Positions 32,656-41,515 of a stretch of DNA of 64,000 nt are shown here, piece after piece. Numbering within the stretch: the first letter of the stretch is position 1; each line of letters opens with the position of its first letter. The position numbers and the translations under genes are program-made. The stretch is taken from the NCBI GenBank assembly GCA_029907605.1, contig JARYLO010000002.1, forward strand, positions 11,030 to 75,029, given 5' to 3'. The notes below the pieces were generated by a model. The model had not been told where the DNA came from. It ran no database searches and was given only the letters and a program-made list of their open reading frames with translations. Source of the DNA: Sedimentisphaerales bacterium (GTDB lineage: Bacteria; Planctomycetota; Phycisphaerae; Sedimentisphaerales; Anaerobacaceae).

Positions 32656-33278
32656 AGGTCTGTTGCAGTATACCTGGTGGTCTTCCGCGGATACAACAAG
32701 ATAGATCTGCCGTCTAGATCCCTAGGGTTCAGATTCTTGGCGGTCCTAAAAAAACCTTCATTTGCTATTGCGTTGGTGTGAGGAACGACCTAGAATATGT
32801 GTTTAAAGCATGGCCGGTTTTAGGTGTGCTCAGAAGCAGTTGCCTAGGCCGGAAAGGTAGTTTGTATCGCTGGAAACGGAGGCTTGGGTAAATGGGCCTT
32901 TTCAGGATTGTAAGCCACTGGTCTTTCGGACCTTGGTACAGGTCCTGTTGTGGGTCCTCCGGACTAGGCCTGTCCACGTCTGTAGTTCAACGAGCAAGAT
33001 TTGGCTTTCTAGGGAACCCCGTATGAATACTTTAAGCGCTGCGCGGGTCTTGCCGATAAGGATGAGCATAGGCCAGTCGCTCGTTGCGATTGGCACTGGT
33101 AGAGGTCTTGGGCAGTACGGTACGAAGGGTTTGACGTCAAATGGCACCTGTTTTCGGCAAGACCAGCAGCAATCCTGGGGGAGAAAGGAGGTGATACGAG
33201 TAGGTAGGTACAGAGGATCAGTGTTGGTATCGAGTCTATCGTAGTTCTAACGTAAGCCTCTTGTTAGGAGGAACCATT

Positions 33279-34955
33279 ATGAGAAGGCTATTTGTAATGA
33301 GTCTTTTGATGGCCCTGGTCATCGCCATGGCGGCGCAGGCGGTGACCATGTATCGTTGGCAGAATACCAACGTCGGTTCAGGTGCCGCGGCCCTCGATGT
33401 TGTACGCAGCGGTAAGGCACCAGACGCGACGGTCCCGTTGGCAAAGATCGAGTGGACCGACGCCAGTACCGGTTATACGGCCAATTACTATGTCGGCTAT
33501 GTCACCGGCTGGATCGTCCCACCAGCAGATGGCGAGTATACATTCTATGTGGCCAGTGACGACGACAGCATCTTTGCCCTCTCTCCTGATGCAGACATAG
33601 CAAAGGCAGTGGCCATCTGCTCGGTGACAGGGTGGACAAGCGCAAATCAATGGGGCAAGTTTGCCTCACAGAAGTCCGCTCCAGTGACACTGCAGGCAGG
33701 CCAGAGGTATGCCTTCTATCTAGTCATGAGGGAAGGTACTGGTGGCGATAATGCCTCTGTAGGTTGGACTGGTCCGGACCCGATCGGTCCGACCATAACA
33801 GTCGTTGACGGCCAGTATGTGCTGGAGGATGTGGCACCGGACAAGGTCACATTCACCAGTGTCACCAATGCCGCTGCCATAGTGGGCAATTCTGCAACCC
33901 TCAGGGCCACCGCCGTATCCATGAAGCCGTGGACATTCACGTATGAGTGGTACAAGCAGTCTGGCGAGAAGGTAGGTGACGGCACGAGCCTGACGATTGC
34001 TGCAGTTACGGAGGCAGATGAGGGCCTGTATTACTGCAGGTCAGGTGACTCCGTCTCGCCAGATGCATTGCTGGACGTTACACACGGCCTTGTGCACAGG
34101 TACACGTTCAATGATGAGGATGTAGATCTAATGACCTTCATCCAGGACGTGGTTGGCGGTGAGGAATGGGACGGCATGCTGATCAACCAGACCGGCAATG
34201 CCGTCTTCCAGGACGGTAAGCTCCTGTTCGGCAACAGCGGCCAGACATCCAATTCCGGCACTGGTGACTATGTGGATCTACCCAATGGGATCATGACCTC
34301 CAGCTTGATGACACAGTTTACGATCGAGACATGGGTCACACCCATGGGTGCACAGCTATGGCAGAGGATATTTGACTTTGGGACCAGCGATCAGGGCGAG
34401 AACAAGTCGCCCAGTGCAAACAATACCGCCTACATCTTCCTGTCAACAAGGACATGGGGTAATACGGCGGCAAGGTTTGCATACAAGAAGCCTATCACGC
34501 CAGAGAGTGGCGCAATAGAGAAGCAGGTAGATCCCAGGCCATCCTCCAACTACATCCTGCCACTGAATCAGGAGGCCAACCTGACGGTGGTATGGGATGA
34601 GGTCAGCGGTCTGGCCAAGCTCTACTACAATGGCGTGATCATGGGCCGCAACACCCTGCACATGAAGCTGAGCCAGTTGACCGACAACAACAACTGGATC
34701 GGCAGGTCCCAGTGGAATGACCCATTGCTGGTAGGTGCCATCAATGAGTTCAGGATCTGGGATACCGCGCTCAGTGCTGCAGAGATCGCCAGGCACTACC
34801 TGGTAGGGCCAGATGACACCAGTCTGTCCGAGCCAGGTGCCTGCGTTACAGGCGTCCGCAGTATGGGTGACCTCAACGGCGATTGTGTGATGGACTTCAT
34901 CGACTATGCGATGATGATCGAGCAGTGGATGATGGACACCACACCATTGCAATAA
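33279..34955 (+). CDS. Secreted PA14 - Ig (I-set-like) - LamG (Laminin_G_3-like) - dockerin-like protein
   Basis: ATG 33279 follows AGGAGGA, with signal peptide MRRLFVMSLLMALVIAMAAQA. The domains are PA14-like (GYVTGWIVPPADGEYTFYVASDDDS), Ig (ATLRATAV..YEWYK..LTIAAVTEADEGLYYC), LamG (INEFRIWDTALSAAEIARHY) and a C-terminal GDLNGDCVMDFIDYAMMIEQW. Confidence 0.8.
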   Translation: MRRLFVMSLLMALVIAMAAQAVTMYRWQNTNVGSGAAALDVVRSGKAPDATVPLAKIEWTDASTGYTANYYVGYVTGWIVPPADGEYTFYVASDDDSIFALSPDADIAKAVAICSVTGWTSANQWGKFASQKSAPVTLQAGQRYAFYLVMREGTGGDNASVGWTGPDPIGPTITVVDGQYVLEDVAPDKVTFTSVTNAAAIVGNSATLRATAVSMKPWTFTYEWYKQSGEKVGDGTSLTIAAVTEADEGLYYCRSGDSVSPDALLDVTHGLVHRYTFNDEDVDLMTFIQDVVGGEEWDGMLINQTGNAVFQDGKLLFGNSGQTSNSGTGDYVDLPNGIMTSSLMTQFTIETWVTPMGAQLWQRIFDFGTSDQGENKSPSANNTAYIFLSTRTWGNTAARFAYKKPITPESGAIEKQVDPRPSSNYILPLNQEANLTVVWDEVSGLAKLYYNGVIMGRNTLHMKLSQLTDNNNWIGRSQWNDPLLVGAINEFRIWDTALSAAEIARHYLVGPDDTSLSEPGACVTGVRSMGDLNGDCVMDFIDYAMMIEQWMMDTTPLQ

Positions 34956-34978
34956 GGCACGATTGCCGTTAGAACTCC

Positions 34979-35012
34979 AAGGGCCCAGGCCTACTTGCCT
35001 GGGCCCTTTGCA
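34979..35012 (+). terminator. Strong hairpin after PA14-LamG gene
   Basis: A 12-bp perfect stem AAGGGCCCAGGC / GCCTGGGCCCTT with a 6-nt loop. The U-tract is weak (tgcattg). Confidence 0.5.
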
Positions 35013-35014
35013 TT

Positions 35015-36811
35015 GTGGGACACAGATCAAGACACAGGCACAAGCAGGTCCATCTGCGTGACCATCAGGTCCGCTGGTCTTATTACCTTAGGCTGTTGGC
35101 CATCCTGCTTGCAGGCCTGGGATCCCTTGTTGGTCTTGCAGAGGTGGGTCTGCGTCTGGCTGGTCTGTATGTACCAGCCAGCTTCTTAATAAAGACGGCC
35201 GACCAGAGGTACTTTGTCCCTAACCAGCAGTTCCTCAGACAGTTCTACAGCGGCCAGGCGGCAGCAGGGAAGATCCTACCATTTAAGGCCTCGGTCAAGA
35301 AGCCTGCCAATACCAAGCGGATCTTGATCCTAGGTGAGTCTGCCGCACAAGGGACCCCAGAGCCTGCGTTTGGATTCTGTAGGATCCTGCAGTTTATGCT
35401 CAAGAAGACCAACCCCCAGGTAGATATTGAGCTGATCAATGCTGCCTTGAGGGGGGTGGACTCTACCATATTGGCAGTAGCAGCGAGGGACCTGATGCAG
35501 TTGGAGCCAGATGTAGTCATCCTCTACATAGGCAACAATGAGGTTGTAGGCCTATATGGTGCAAGGGGCAGGCTGGGTCTGTTGGTGACAGGCCTTCGTC
35601 GCAGTATCTGTCAGCTTGCCATCGGGCAGTTCTTGACCAGGATCCTGCCTGCCCCTGGCACAAATAGGCAGGATATGGCATACTTCCGCAGGCAGTATGT
35701 GGCCTTCTCCGATCCCAGACGCAAGGCAGTATACGATAGGCTACGTAAGAACCTCCAATCCATCTGTACCCTTGCTAGGGATGCCGGCGCAAAGGTGATA
35801 GTCTGCACGGTGGCGGTCAATCTTGCGGATTGCCCCCCATTCGGTTCCATGCACAAACACGGGCTTGGGCAGGCAGCCTTGGCGGACTGGCAGGCCAAGT
35901 ACGAAGGTGCCACAAGGATGGAAAGAGCCGGTGAACTTGCCAAGGCCATAGAGCTATATCAGGCCGCAGCCAGGATAGATGACCGCCTTGCGGAACTGCA
36001 CTACAGACTGGCAAGGTGCCTTGCAAGGCAGGGCCAGGTGCAAGAGGCCCTCAGACATTACCAACTTGCCTGCGACCTGGATGCACTGGCATTTAGGTCT
36101 GATAGTAAGGTCAATGGGGTCATAAGGGATCTGGCCAAGGGGTTCGCAGATGGTACGGTCATCCTGGCAGACATAGAGGGTCGATTCACCGAGGATGGCC
36201 AGGTGATACCAGGTGGGCAGTACTTCCACGATCATGTGCACCTGACATTCGATGGGGACTACAAGATTGCTGCTTGCCTGTTGCCTTTGGTCCAGCAGTG
36301 CCTGGCACTGGAGTCCAACACTAACACTCCCTCGCTCCAACAATGTGCCGAAGGCCTTGCCTATAATCCATTTGCACAGGCCCAGATCGCGGCAGGGATC
36401 CTGGAGACCACCAGTAGGCCACCATTTCTCGATCAGGTAGACCATGCCCAGGTCCAGGCCCTCAAGGCCAGGCAGGTAAAGGCAGCTATGGATGGCCTAT
36501 CCCAGCAGCAGGTCCAGGCCGCCGCAAGGCTGTATGAGGCGGCATTGGCCGCTGACCCGAACGATTGGTATATCCACCGTCTTTATGCATACCTGGCCTT
36601 GGCCCAACAGGATATCCAGACCGCACTACAGCACCTGAGGGCAGCAGTAACACAGTTCCCTGATCACCTGCCTACCGTACTGATGTATGCCTCGACATGC
36701 GTGCAGGCAGGCCTGACACAAGAGGCCATGCTACAGTACAGACAGGCCCTTAGGCTCGCCCCTGGCAATCGGATGGCCAAGAGGGCCTTAAGGTCCCTTT
36801 CAAGGCGCTGA
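35015..36811 (+). CDS. SGNH/GDSL-like hydrolase domain + TPR repeat protein, N-terminally membrane-anchored
   Basis: It has a TM helix (LRLLAILLAGLGSLVGL), RILILGESAAQG (GDS-like block I), VVILYIGNNE (block III), DHVH (block V-like), then TPR-like repeats (AIELYQAAARID, ALRHYQLACDLD, AMLQYRQALRLAP). Start is uncertain because it abuts the upstream hairpin. Confidence 0.65.
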   Translation: MGHRSRHRHKQVHLRDHQVRWSYYLRLLAILLAGLGSLVGLAEVGLRLAGLYVPASFLIKTADQRYFVPNQQFLRQFYSGQAAAGKILPFKASVKKPANTKRILILGESAAQGTPEPAFGFCRILQFMLKKTNPQVDIELINAALRGVDSTILAVAARDLMQLEPDVVILYIGNNEVVGLYGARGRLGLLVTGLRRSICQLAIGQFLTRILPAPGTNRQDMAYFRRQYVAFSDPRRKAVYDRLRKNLQSICTLARDAGAKVIVCTVAVNLADCPPFGSMHKHGLGQAALADWQAKYEGATRMERAGELAKAIELYQAAARIDDRLAELHYRLARCLARQGQVQEALRHYQLACDLDALAFRSDSKVNGVIRDLAKGFADGTVILADIEGRFTEDGQVIPGGQYFHDHVHLTFDGDYKIAACLLPLVQQCLALESNTNTPSLQQCAEGLAYNPFAQAQIAAGILETTSRPPFLDQVDHAQVQALKARQVKAAMDGLSQQQVQAAARLYEAALAADPNDWYIHRLYAYLALAQQDIQTALQHLRAAVTQFPDHLPTVLMYASTCVQAGLTQEAMLQYRQALRLAPGNRMAKRALRSLSRR

Positions 36812-39343
36812 ACTTGGGCCTTTCAGGAATGTCTGGACCTGGATATCCCCGGTGTGCCTGATATGGGTGGTTAATGCGCCGGATCTGCCTGTGCAGAATA
36901 CCTGCCTGCTGGAGACGATAGGTTCGGTAAGCAGCCTATCTGCCTGTTCCTGGTCGCAACTACAAAGCAGTATGTGCGGGCCCAGTCTATCTAGAAACCC
37001 TGGCATGGTCGTCTTTGGCGAGCCATGGTGGGGCATCAAGAGGATGTCTACCCTCAGATCAGGCCAATCCTGTAGCAATCGGTCCTGTGCGGCCTGCTCG
37101 ATGTCCGAACAGAGCAATATAGACCTGCCTGCAAACCGGATCAGGATCACAGCGGAGCGATCATTGTCGGCCAGGTTTGATAGGTCCATTTCGCTTGGCG
37201 GCCATATGACCTGCAGGTCCAAGCTACCAGGATAGACTGTGGAAAGGCCGCGCAGTGGCCGTATCGGCACATGGGTCTGATTGCATGCCTGCCGTATGAT
37301 CTTGCTAGCATCGCCTTCATCCAGGTCTGCATACAGGTACTTGGTCTTAACAGCCCACAGAACCTCCGGCAGGCCATTGACATGATCTATGTCCATATGG
37401 CTTAGCAGGACCGCATCTAGCCTTCCTATGCCCATGGATTCCAGTGCAAGCACGATCAGGCGGCCTCCGCTATTGCGCAGGTACAGGGAACCTGCGTCCA
37501 CCAAGATATTCCTGTTGCCAGGGGCCTGTATCACCACGGCCTGGCCGTGGCCTACGTCAAGGCAGGTGATTGACAGGTCCTTGTTGAAGGTGCGGAGCAG
37601 ATGGCCGTATACCAGCTGGCAGGCAAAGAGCAAACCAAAGGTCGCGGCCAGGCCGATCCGCAGGCGCGGCCTTAGCCAGGTCCCCATGGATGGAAGGCCG
37701 ATGGCCAGGTAATAGGCCACGATAGGGACCAGACCAAGGTTACCTGCATGGATAGCGAATAGGTCAAGGTCGGCTATGTGCCTGACCAACCACAACAAGA
37801 CCTGTGCAAGGGCCTCCAGTATCACAGCGAAGACCTGGCCCAAGGCCGGCATGAACAGGCAGGCCAATACCTTCAGCAACCCAAGTACTATCAGGATCCA
37901 GACCAATGGGAAGGTCAATACGGTCCACAGGATCGACAAGCCATTGAGCCTGTGGAAGTGATAGAGGACGATACCTGCACTGCCGACAAATGCCCCTATC
38001 CCTACGGTGACAAGTGCGACCAAGCACGCAATCAGGCGGGAAGGGACTACTAGCCACGCATCCCCTGGCTGTCCGGAAGCGAAGGGTTGGAGCCATTGCT
38101 GCAGGGCAGACGTGATGATCACTATGCCCAGGAGGCATGCGAAGGATAGCTGCCAGCCTGGATTGAATAGCTCTTGTGGGTTTGCCAGCAGCAAGATGAT
38201 CGCGGCCATGGCCAGGGTGTTGGGCAGGTATCCCTGCCTACGCAGGAGGATCGCGGTGCAATGGACAGTCACCATGATTGCCGCACGTAGGGTTGGGGCA
38301 GTGGGCGGTATCAGTAGTAGATAGAGGCCTGCAACCAGCAGGCAGACCCCTGCCCTGGCCCGGCGTAGCAGGCCAAATAGGTGCCCTGCAGACCATGCGG
38401 TCCCGACAACTATGCCGAAGTGTAGTCCAGAAAGGCTCAGGTAATGGACAAGGCCTGTGTTCCTGAAGGATTGATAGGCCTTGCCATCCAGCCTTGACCT
38501 GGTGCCCAGGACCAGGGCCTGCACCAGACTCAGTCCATCCTTATCCCCGCGCCAACCGCCAGCCAGGCTTGTGGCTGCCATCTGCCGCAGCCACGCAATT
38601 GACCTTAGCGGCCAGCCCAACCAGCAGGTGTCGAGCTTCTCTATACCAGAGCTGGACTTGACGGTCATTACCGCCTGGATATCCCTGGTCTGCAGGTACC
38701 TGGCCAGGTCGAATTGCCCGGGGTTTGTGGCAGTTATTGGTTGCTGGAGCCAACCACAGACCTGGATCATGTCTGCAGGCCTTATGGTATCAAGCAGGTC
38801 CTGAGGCTGGTTACTGTTCTGTGTCTGGTGGACCCATACGCGTACTAGGCCCTTACAGGGCAGGATGCCTGCTGATGTAGCTATCTGGTTGACCTGCAAG
38901 GTAAGGCTGATAGGGGCAGGCCATGGGAATAGATCTTCGAATGCCCACCTACCTTCCTGCACCGTTGGCCCATCCCAAACCATGCCCTTTAGGATCGTAA
39001 GTTGGGGTCTATCACGGAGGAATCTAGAGATGTGGTCGTGGCCGGTCAGCCTTGCATGCCTGGCCCTGATCATGCCCAGGCAGAAGAATACACATGCGCA
39101 AGGGATCAAGACACCAAACCAGGCCTTGTTTCTGAAGGTGTAGGCGGATAGAAGCCCAGAGAGCCCGATCGGTACCAGCAGGTACTTAGAAGCACCGGGC
39201 CACAGATGCCAGGCACAGATCCCTATGGCCAGGCAGATGGCCGGTATGACAAGCGGCGCCCTGATTACCACAGGGCCCGATAAGTCAAGTTGATCCCTCC
39301 CTACTTCCATGGCCTGCCAGCTTATGCTGGCGACCATGCTCAA
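36800..39343 (-). CDS. comEC: DNA internalisation competence protein ComEC/Rec2
   Basis: 847 aa. It has a polytopic competence domain and a C-terminal metallo-beta-lactamase domain (ITCLDVGHGQAVVIQAPG, LLSHMDIDHVNGL, MPHHGS). Confidence 0.85.
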   Translation of the reverse strand: MSMVASISWQAMEVGRDQLDLSGPVVIRAPLVIPAICLAIGICAWHLWPGASKYLLVPIGLSGLLSAYTFRNKAWFGVLIPCACVFFCLGMIRARHARLTGHDHISRFLRDRPQLTILKGMVWDGPTVQEGRWAFEDLFPWPAPISLTLQVNQIATSAGILPCKGLVRVWVHQTQNSNQPQDLLDTIRPADMIQVCGWLQQPITATNPGQFDLARYLQTRDIQAVMTVKSSSGIEKLDTCWLGWPLRSIAWLRQMAATSLAGGWRGDKDGLSLVQALVLGTRSRLDGKAYQSFRNTGLVHYLSLSGLHFGIVVGTAWSAGHLFGLLRRARAGVCLLVAGLYLLLIPPTAPTLRAAIMVTVHCTAILLRRQGYLPNTLAMAAIILLLANPQELFNPGWQLSFACLLGIVIITSALQQWLQPFASGQPGDAWLVVPSRLIACLVALVTVGIGAFVGSAGIVLYHFHRLNGLSILWTVLTFPLVWILIVLGLLKVLACLFMPALGQVFAVILEALAQVLLWLVRHIADLDLFAIHAGNLGLVPIVAYYLAIGLPSMGTWLRPRLRIGLAATFGLLFACQLVYGHLLRTFNKDLSITCLDVGHGQAVVIQAPGNRNILVDAGSLYLRNSGGRLIVLALESMGIGRLDAVLLSHMDIDHVNGLPEVLWAVKTKYLYADLDEGDASKIIRQACNQTHVPIRPLRGLSTVYPGSLDLQVIWPPSEMDLSNLADNDRSAVILIRFAGRSILLCSDIEQAAQDRLLQDWPDLRVDILLMPHHGSPKTTMPGFLDRLGPHILLCSCDQEQADRLLTEPIVSSRQVFCTGRSGALTTHIRHTGDIQVQTFLKGPSSAP

Positions 39344-39349
39344 TCAAGT

Positions 39350-39805
39350 CTAAGCAGCATCCTCATCAGGATATGGAGGAGGTGGGGCGGTCCTTGGCAC
39401 TGATTTGTTTGGAGCAGACCGCTCCATCTCGGTGGCGTACTCGATGCTGTACTTGGTCCAAGGGATGGCCTGGAGCCTCTTTTTGCTTATAGGTCTGCCG
39501 CTACCCAAACATATCCCGTATGTGCCTTGTTCGATCCTCTCGAGGGCCTCGTCTATCTCTTCCAAGAGCTGCCGCTCGCTATCAACCAGGGTCAGGGCAT
39601 TATCCAACTCAAACGTATCTGAGCCTATGTCGCCCATGTGCAACGGCATGTTGGAAAGGTCTGTCCTTTCCCGCTTGAGTGTCTCCTCTTCCATAGCCTT
39701 TACATTCGAGAGGATCTCCTGCCTCTTTTGCATCAACAATGACCGGAAGTATTCGAGCTCTTCCTTGGTCAAGGGTGTCTTGTCTTGTTGTTCTTGGTCT
39801 GCCAT
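39350..39805 (-). CDS. DksA/TraR (YteA-like) family protein with degenerate zinc finger
   Basis: An AAGGA RBS precedes the start. It has a coiled coil, the tip motif HMGDIGSDTFELD, and a C-terminal GTYGICLGSGRPISKKRLQAIPWTKYSIEY in which only one of the four canonical Cys remains. Confidence 0.7.
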   Translation of the reverse strand: MADQEQQDKTPLTKEELEYFRSLLMQKRQEILSNVKAMEEETLKRERTDLSNMPLHMGDIGSDTFELDNALTLVDSERQLLEEIDEALERIEQGTYGICLGSGRPISKKRLQAIPWTKYSIEYATEMERSAPNKSVPRTAPPPPYPDEDAA

Positions 39806-40000
39806 ATCTCAAATCCTTATTGGTGGAGGATAATGGTTGTTGGATCCTACCGGACGATCTCGGCCGTATCCTCCTGTTTGCTATCGACCTGAGATATAAA
39901 GCATACCTAATCCCTGTAGAGTTTGCAACTAGAAAATTGACAGTCTCCTGGGCCCTGTTTACATTAGCGACCGGTTGCAAGCCAGGTGGATCAAGGACTG

Positions 40001-40522
40001 ATGATGAGACCTACACTGATAGTCCAACTGACCGTCGTTGTTGCACTGATACTACCTGGCATCTGTTGCAGACGCCATAGCCCGCAATCCCATGATTGGC
40101 AGGCAAGGGCAGAGAAGGCAGAGCTGGAGCTGGCCAGTGCCCTAAAGGCACTTGACAAGGCTAGGCAAGAGAGGGACGAATTCGAGCAACTGCTAAACGA
40201 ACGCACCGAACAGCTCAGGCAGATGGCAAGCCAATTGGATCAGAGCCAACAGGCCTTGGAGCAGGCCAAGATCGAAGCCGGCAGGTTAAGGCAGCAGTCC
40301 AATAAGACCGATAACACCGTTAAGCAGCTTACTGATAGGACACAGGCATTGGAGGGACAATTGAGGGACAGGATCGCCCAGATCCAGAACCTCGAGCGTA
40401 CCAACAAGGAACTTCAGCAGACGGTCTCAGATCTGACCACACAGCTACAACTTTTGGTCGAGACGGTCCGTGAATCGAGGGCTACTGGCCAACAGGCCAT
40501 CTATGATGCCAATGCCCAATAA
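40001..40522 (+). CDS. Signal-anchored coiled-coil protein (hypothetical)
   Basis: The N-terminal hydrophobic segment is MMRPTLIVQLTVVVALILPGICC. About 140 aa of heptad-rich, Q/E/L/R-rich sequence follow. Alternative start at 39986. Confidence 0.55.
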   Translation: MMRPTLIVQLTVVVALILPGICCRRHSPQSHDWQARAEKAELELASALKALDKARQERDEFEQLLNERTEQLRQMASQLDQSQQALEQAKIEAGRLRQQSNKTDNTVKQLTDRTQALEGQLRDRIAQIQNLERTNKELQQTVSDLTTQLQLLVETVRESRATGQQAIYDANAQ

Positions 40523-40523
40523 A

Positions 40524-40943
40524 CTAGGTCTTTGCAGGCACGGTAGATAGGTGCCAATACTGGGTGATTGCCTGGACAACCCGGACAAAGTCGAAGTAGT
40601 CCAAGGGCTTGACCATATACCCAGCTACCCCGGACCGAAATGTACTGCTGATGTCTGCCTGCTCCTTGCTTGTGGTCAGGACTACCACTGGGATCCTCCG
40701 CAGATCCAGGTCAGACTTTAGCTCCTTGAGGAACTCATGCCCATTCATCTTGGGCATGTTCAGGTCTAGGAGGATCAATCTTGGTACCTCAGGCAACATC
40801 CTCCTAAGGTAGTCCAATGCATCAACACCATTGTTAACGTGTACTAGGCACTCGTCCAACCCCAGATCCGCCAACGCCCTTTTTATGGTCAGGGCGTCGA
40901 TCTGATCATCCTCTACCAACAACAGAGGACTGTACTGACTCAT
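40524..40943 (-). CDS. Single-domain response regulator (CheY/Rcp1-like receiver)
   Basis: Motifs are LLLVEDDQIDALTIKRAL, LILLDLNMPKMNG (phospho-acceptor Asp), VVVLTTS and GYMVKP. ATG 40943 follows GGTGGAAG. It overlaps the upstream receiver gene. Confidence 0.85.
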   Translation of the reverse strand: MSQYSPLLLVEDDQIDALTIKRALADLGLDECLVHVNNGVDALDYLRRMLPEVPRLILLDLNMPKMNGHEFLKELKSDLDLRRIPVVVLTTSKEQADISSTFRSGVAGYMVKPLDYFDFVRVVQAITQYWHLSTVPAKT

Positions 40944-41373
40944 CTTCCACCCCAGTTTCTCCATTTGGCAATTCGCTGAGCGTCCAATAGAGATCTATTG
41001 TCCTGATAGCCTCCACGAACTTCTTGTAGTCCACGGGCTTGACTATGTACCCTGCAATACTGAGCTTAAAGCTCTCTACCACATCCTGTTCCTCGTGGCT
41101 GGTGGTCAAGACGATCACCGGTATGGTCTTGAGCTGCGGATCAGCCTTGACAACCTTGAGGAACTCGATGCCGTTCATCCTGGGCATATTCAGGTCGAGC
41201 AGGATCACACAGGGCCTTTGATTGCTGGGGTCTCGCAGATACGCCAATGCCTCTTCCCCATTGAGCCTGTGGTCCAGCCTGTTGGTCACCTTCAGGTCCC
41301 TGAATGCCCGCCGTACGGTCATTGCATCGATGCTGTCATCTTCAACCAACAATACTGGCCTAGAGTTCTTCAT
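40906..41373 (-). CDS. Single-domain response regulator (CheY/Rcp1-like receiver)
   Basis: A GAGGAG RBS precedes the start. Motifs are VLLVEDDSIDAMTVRRAF, VILLDLNMPRMNG, VIVLTTS and GYIVKP. It is a paralog of the downstream receiver. Confidence 0.85.
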   Translation of the reverse strand: MKNSRPVLLVEDDSIDAMTVRRAFRDLKVTNRLDHRLNGEEALAYLRDPSNQRPCVILLDLNMPRMNGIEFLKVVKADPQLKTIPVIVLTTSHEEQDVVESFKLSIAGYIVKPVDYKKFVEAIRTIDLYWTLSELPNGETGVEDESVQSSVVGRG

Positions 41374-41515
41374 CTGTTCTCCTCATCACAAGAGAAGACC
41401 AACCATGCCGGCAGACTACCTCAGTCTGGCCTCTAGCGTCCCGTATCGACATCTTGCAGGGATGGGTTTACAAGATCTGGCTTTTTCTAGAGCAGATCTT
41501 GAAGCCAGAAGGTTT

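Noticed and set aside
32933-33244. 103-aa ORF in the long intergenic gap (also 32765-32977 and 32902-33147 on the minus strand)
   Set aside because: It has no RBS and an odd composition, and the candidates overlap each other on both strands. I treated the region as non-coding pending conservation data.
39405-39833. 142-aa ORF antisense to the dksA-like gene
   Set aside because: The opposite frame has a clear DksA/YteA architecture, an RBS and coupling to comEC. The antisense product has no features.
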